Origin: Auanema rhodensis
Lineage: Eukaryota > Animalia > Nematoda
DNA length: 64,000 nt
NCBI GenBank assembly: GCA_964057225.1
Contig: OZ059900.1
Span: forward strand, 744,001-808,000
Reading direction: 5' to 3'
This document shows positions 58,401 to 64,000 of the stretch, in pieces. Position 1 is the stretch's first letter. Each line of letters starts with the position of its first letter. The translations under genes and the position numbers were made by a program. The notes under the pieces are model-generated. The model was not told the origin of the DNA, searched no databases, and saw only the letters and a list, made by a program, of their open reading frames with translations.

Positions 58401-61400
58401 CCGATTTTTGGTACAAAATCTGTAATACTTGTAAATTTTGATCATATTCGTTAAGATTCGAAAATCAAACACACAATACACGAAATAAGTTTATTTTTAC
58501 AAGTTTGCACTGATATTTATTCATTTTGATCAAAAAAGGTCGAAAATAGAAAGAATTTTTGAAATTTCCGAGTTTTGAGTCTAATTTGGCTAAATCGCTC
58601 ATATATATGATCAGAAGCATAAGTGTATTGTCTATGACAACAAAAGTCATTATTTAAACACTAATGATGTTTAAATCACTAAATTTCGCTCTAATAGCAT
58701 TACTACACTAAGTATGGTCGTTTTTATGCCTTTAACACCATATACTCACCGATTTTTGGTACAAAATCTGTAATACTCGTAAATTTTGAACATATTCGTT
58801 AAGATTTGAGAATCAAACACACAATACACAATATCAGTCTATTTTTATGAGCTTGCACTGATATATATTCATTTTGATCGAAAAAGGTCGAAAACAGAAA
58901 GAATTTTTGAAATTTCCGAGTTTTGAGTCTAATTTGGCTAAATCGCTCATATATATGATCAAAAGCATAGTTCTATTGTCTATAACAACAAAAGTCTTTA
59001 ATTAAACGCTAGTGATGTTTTAATACTGAATTTCGCTCAAATAGCATTACTACACTAAGTATGGTCGTTTTTATGCCTTTAACACCATATACTCACCGAT
59101 TTTTGGTACAAAATCTGTAATACTTGTAAATTTTGATCATATTCGTTAAGATTCGAAAATCAAACACACAATACACGAAATAAGTTTATTTTTACAAGTT
59201 TGCACTGATATTTATTCATTTTGATCAAAAAAGGTCGAAAATAGAAAGAATTTTTGAAATTTCCGAGTTTTGAGTCTAATTTGGCTAAATCGCTCATTTA
59301 TATGATCAGAAGCATAGTTTTATTGTCTATGACAACAAAAGTCATCAATTAAACGCTAGTGATGTTTAAATACTGATTTTCGCTCAAATAGCATTACTAC
59401 ACTAAGTATGGTCGTTTTTATGCCTTTAACACCATATACTCACCGATTTTTGGTACAAAATCTGTAATACTTGTAAATTTTGATCATATTCGTTAAGATT
59501 CGAGAATCAAACACATAAAACACGAAATAAGTCTAGTTTTATGAGTTTGCACTGATATTTATTCATTTTGATCAAAAAAGGTCGAAAATAGAAAGAATTT
59601 TTGAATTTTCCGAGTTTTGAGTCCAATTGGGCTAAATCTCTCAAATATATGATCAAAAGCATAGTTTTACTGTCTATGATAACAAAAGTCTTCAAATATA
59701 CACTAATAATGTGTAAATCACTGAATTTCACTCAAATAGCATTACTACACTAAGTATGGTCGTTTTTATGCCTTTAACACCATATACTCACCGATTTTTG
59801 GTACAAAATCTGTAATACTTGTAAATTTTGATCATATTCGTTAAGATTCGAGAATCAAACACATAATACACGAAATAAGTCTAGTTTTATGAGCTTGCAC
59901 TGATATATATTCATTTTGATCAAAAAAGGTCGAAAATAGAAAGAATTTTCGAAATTTCCGAGTTTTGAGTCTAATTTGGCTAAATCGCTCATATATATGA
60001 TCAGAAGCATAGTTTTATTGTCTATGACAACAAAAATCATCAATTAAACGCTAGTGATGTTTAAATACTGATTTTCGCTCAAATAGCATTACTACACTAA
60101 GTATGGTCGTTTTTATGCCTTTAACACCATATACTCACCGATTTTTGGTACAAAATCTGTAATACTTGTAAATTTTGATCATATTCGTTAAGATTTGAGA
60201 ATCAAACATACAATACACAAAATCAGTCTATTTTTATGAGCTTGCACTGATATATATTCATTTTGATCAAAAAAGGTCGAAAATAGAAAGAATTTTTGAA
60301 ATTTCCGAGTTTTGAGTCTAATTTGGCTAAATCGCTCATTTATATGATCAGAAGCATAGTTTTATTGTCTGTGACAACAAAAATCATCAATTAAACGCTA
60401 GTGATGTTTAAATACTGATTTTCGCTCAAATAGCATTACTACACTAAGTATGGTCGTTTTTATGCCTTTAACACCATATACTCACCGATTTTTGGTACAA
60501 AATCTGTAATACTTGTAAATTTTGATCATATTCGTTAAGATTCGAGAATCAAACACATAAAACACGAAATAAGGCTAGTTTTATGAGTTTGCACTGATAT
60601 TTATTCATTTTGATCAAAAAAGGTCGAAAATAGAAAGAATTTTTGAAATTTCCGAGTTTTGAGTCTAATTTGGCTAAATCGCTCATATATATGATCAGAA
60701 GCATAGTTTTATTGTCTATGACAACAAAAATCATCAATTAAACGCTAATAATGTGTGAATCACTGAATTTCACTCAAATAGCATTACTACACTAAGTATG
60801 GTCGTTTTTATGCCTTTAACACCATATACTCACCGATTTTTGGTACAAAATCTGTAATACTTGTAAATTTCGATCATATTCGTTAAGATTTGAGAATCAA
60901 ACACATAATACACGAAATAAGTCTAGTTTTATGAGCTTGCACTGATATATATTCATTTTGATCAAAAAAGGTCGAAAATAGAAAGAATTTTTGAAATTTC
61001 CGAGTTTTGAGTCTAATTTGGCTAAATCGCTCATATATATGATCAGAAGCATAGTTTTATTGTCTATGACAACAAAAATCATCAATTAAACGCTAGTGAT
61101 GTTTAAATACTGATTTTCGCTCAAATAGCATTACTACACTAAGTATGGTCGTTTTTATGCCTTTAACACCATATACTCACCGATTTTTGGTACAAAATCT
61201 GTAATACTTGTAAATTTTGATCATATTCGTTAAGATTTGAGAATCAAACATACAATACACAAAATCAGTCTATTTTTATGAGCTTGCACTGATATATATT
61301 CATTTTGATCAAAAAAGGTCGAAAATAGAAAGAATTTTTGAAATTTCCGAGTTTTGAGTCTAATTTGGCTAAATCGCTCATATATATGATCAGAAGCATA

Positions 61401-62400
61401 GTTTTATTGTCTATGACAACAAAAATCATCAATTAAACGCTAGTGATGTTTAAATACTGATTTTCGCTCAAATAGCATTACTACACTAAGTATGGTCGTT
61501 TTTATGCCTTTAACACCATATACTCACCGATTTTTGGTACAAAATCTGTAATACTCGTAAAATTTGATCATATTTGTTAAGATTTGAGAATCAAACACAC
61601 AATACACAAAATCAGTCTATTTTTATGAGTTTACACTGATATTTATTCATTTTGATCAAAAAAGGTCGAAAATAGAAAGAATTTTTGAAATTTCCGAGTT
61701 TTGAGTCTAATTTGGCTAAATCGCTCATATATATGATCAGAAGCATAGTTTTATTGTCTATGACAACAAAAATCATCAATTAAACGCTAGTGATGTTTAA
61801 ATACTGATTTTCGCTCAAATAGCATTACTACACAAAGTATGGTCGTTTTTATGCCTTTAACACCATATTCTCACCGATTTTTGGTACAAAATCTGTAATA
61901 CTCGTAAATTTTGATCATATTCGTTAAGATTTGAGAATCAAACATACAATACACAAAATCAGTCTATTTTTATGAGCTTGCACTGATGTATATTCATTTT
62001 GATCAAAAAAGGTCGAAAATAGAAAGAATTTTTGAAATTTCCGAGTTTTGAGTCTAATTTGGCTAAATCGCTCATATATATGATCAAAAGCATAGTTTTA
62101 CTGTCTATGATAACAAAAGTCTTCAAATATACACTAATAATGATTAAATCACTGAATTTCAGTCAAATAGCATTACTACACTAAGTATGGTCGTTTTTAT
62201 GCCTTTAACACCATATACTCACCGATTTTTGGTACAAAATCTGTAATACTTGTAAATTTTGATCATATTTGTTAAGATTCGAGAATCAAACACATAATAC
62301 ACGAAATAAGTCTATTTTTACAAGTTTGCACTGATATTTATTCATTTTGATCAAAAAAGGTCGAAAATAGAAAGAATTTTTGAAATTTCCGAGTTTTGAG
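40441..62400 (+). repeat. ~32-monomer (11,114-11,115-bp) imperfect tandem duplication
   Basis: ORF offsets 40671->51785, 41446->52560, 47351->58465 and 48393->59507 are 11114; 51171->62286 is 11115. Private variants TATACGAAAT (41111/52225), TTTGTCAAG (45950/57064) and TTTCAGTCA (51047/62162). Ends approximate. Confidence 0.88.
49331..50024 (+). repeat. Single-monomer (347-bp) adjacent duplication
   Basis: GATTCGGAAATC occurs only in these two adjacent monomers; ORFs 49435 and 49782 are identical. Confidence 0.85.
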
Positions 62401-64000
62401 TCTAATTTGGCTAAATCGCTCATATATATGATCAAAAGCATAGTTTTACTGTCTATGATAACAAAAGTCTTCAAATATACACTAATAATGATTAAATCAC
62501 TGAATTTCAGTCAAATAGCATTACTACACTAAGTATGGTCGTTTTTATGCCTTTAACACCATATACTCACCGATTTTTGGTACAAAATCTGTAATACTTG
62601 TAAATTTTGATCATATTTGTTAAGATTCGAGAATCAAACACATAATACACGAAATAAGTCTATTTTTACAAGTTTGCACTGATATTTATTCATTTTGATC
62701 AAAAAAGGTCGAAAATAGAAAGAATTTTTGAAATTTCCGAGTTTTGAGTCTAATTTGGCTAAATCGCTCATATATATGATCAGAAGCATAGTTTTATTGT
62801 CTATGACAACAAAAATCATCAATTAAACGCTAGTGATATTTAAATACTGATTTTCGCTCAAGTAGCATTACTACACTAAGTATGGTCGTTTTTATGCCTT
62901 TAACACCATATACTCACCGATTTTTGGTACAAAATCTGTAATACTTGTAAATTTTGATCATATTCGTTAAGATTTGAGAATCAAACACATAATACACAAA
63001 ATCAGTCTATTTTTATGAGTTTACACTGATGTATATTCATTTTGATCAAAAAAGGTCGAAAATAGAAAGAATTTTTGAATTTTCCGAGTTTTGAGTCTAA
63101 TTTGGCTAAATCGCTCATATATATGATCAGAAGCATAGTTTTATTGTCTATGACAACAAAAATCATCAATTAAACGCTAGTGATGTTTAAATACTGATTT
63201 TCGCTCAAATAGCATTACTACACAAAGTATGGTCGTTTTTATGCCTTTAACACCATATACTCACCGATTTTTGGTACAAAATCTGTAATACTCGTAAATT
63301 TTGATCATATTTGTTAAGATTTGAGAATCAAACATACAATACACAAAATCAGTCTATTTTTATGAGTTTACACTGATGTATATTCATTTTGATCAAAAAA
63401 GGTCGAAAATAGAAAGAATTTTTGAATTTTCCGAGTTTTGAGTCGAATTGGGCTAAATCGCTCATATATATGATCAAAAGCATAGTTTTATTGTCTATGA
63501 TAACAAAAGTCTTCAAATATACACTAATAATGATTAAATCACTGAATTTCACTCAAATAGCATTACTACACTAAGTATGGTCGTTTTTATGCCTTTAACA
63601 CCATATACTCACCGATTTTTGGTACAAAATCTGTAATACTTGTAAATTTTGATCATATTTGTTAAGATTCGAGAATCAAACATACAATACACAAAATCAG
63701 TCTATTTTTACAAGTTTGCACTGATATTTATTCATTTTGATCAAAAAAGGTCGAAAATAGAAAGAATTTTTGAAATTTCCGAGTTTTGAGTCCAATTTGG
63801 CTAAATCGCTCATATATAAGATCAAAAGCATAGTTTTATTGTCTATAACAACAAAAGTCATCAATTAAACGCTAGTGATGTTTAAATACTGAATTTCGCT
63901 CAAATAGCATTACTACACTAAGTATGGTCGTTTTTATGCCTTTAACACCATATACTCACCGATTTTTGGTACAAAATCTGTAATACTCGTAAAATTTGAT

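Larger units (their letters stand above)
1..64000. repeat. Tandem satellite array, 347/348-bp AT-rich monomer, 184 complete head-to-tail copies plus a partial copy
   Basis: The motif TAAGTATGGTCGTTTTTATGCCTTTAACACCATATACTCACCG recurs at 1, 349, 697, 1044, 1391 ... 63919 (63918/184 = 347.4 bp). No unique intervening sequence or inversion seen. ORF-track entries recur at offsets that are multiples of 347/348. Confidence 0.99.

Noticed and set aside
12985-62400. Preferred 16/32-monomer periodicity (5554, 5561 and 11114-bp offsets)
   Set aside because: The blocks involve unrelated monomer strings, and many other periods (17, 43, 87, 1-7) occur; too few events to claim a preferred length.
105-63552. 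About 85 repeated 61-101-aa minus-strand ORFs (MKFSDL.../MMTFVV...) as a tandem small-protein or variable-cassette gene family
   Set aside because: The MKFSDL start is GTG (reverse of CAC at 327-329). The common 347-bp allele frameshifts the N-terminus, the common AATCAG allele introduces a stop, variable sites mostly change amino acids, and the K/F/I/L-rich composition is what AT-rich DNA gives. No recognisable domain. Ribo-seq or dN/dS could overturn this.
1-64000. CRISPR-like array (constant block plus variable segment)
   Set aside because: Variable segments are SNP alleles of one sequence and not unique spacers; the period is far too long; no cas genes or leader.
1-64000. Transposon, MITE, 5S rRNA or tRNA origin of the unit
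   Set aside because: No terminal inverted repeats, target-site duplications, cloverleaf or recognisable Pol III internal promoter seen.

Overview
The whole 64 kb window is one uninterrupted, head-to-tail, single-orientation tandem array of an AT-rich (about 30% GC, counted on monomer 1) 347/348-bp monomer: 184 complete copies (1-63918) plus a partial copy. It looks like eukaryotic satellite DNA, possibly (peri)centromeric. I cannot assign it to a named family or organism. I see no supportable protein-coding gene, RNA gene, transposon or CRISPR array; the ORF track only shows short frames recurring with the monomer. The interesting structure is internal. (1) The monomer appears to be a degenerate dimer of ~170+~178-bp halves. 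(2) It alternates near-invariant blocks with multi-allelic modules that are shuffled combinatorially. (3) Many common polymorphisms are CpG<->TpG/CpA, while other CpGs are essentially fixed. (4) It carries many short dyads. (5) The array records nested duplications of 1, 2, 3, 4, 6/7, 16 and 32 monomers, a long-range copied block, probable gene-conversion patches and three variant domains. I found no evidence of a novel gene-based system. All comparisons were made by eye plus ORF-track offsets, not by computed alignment.
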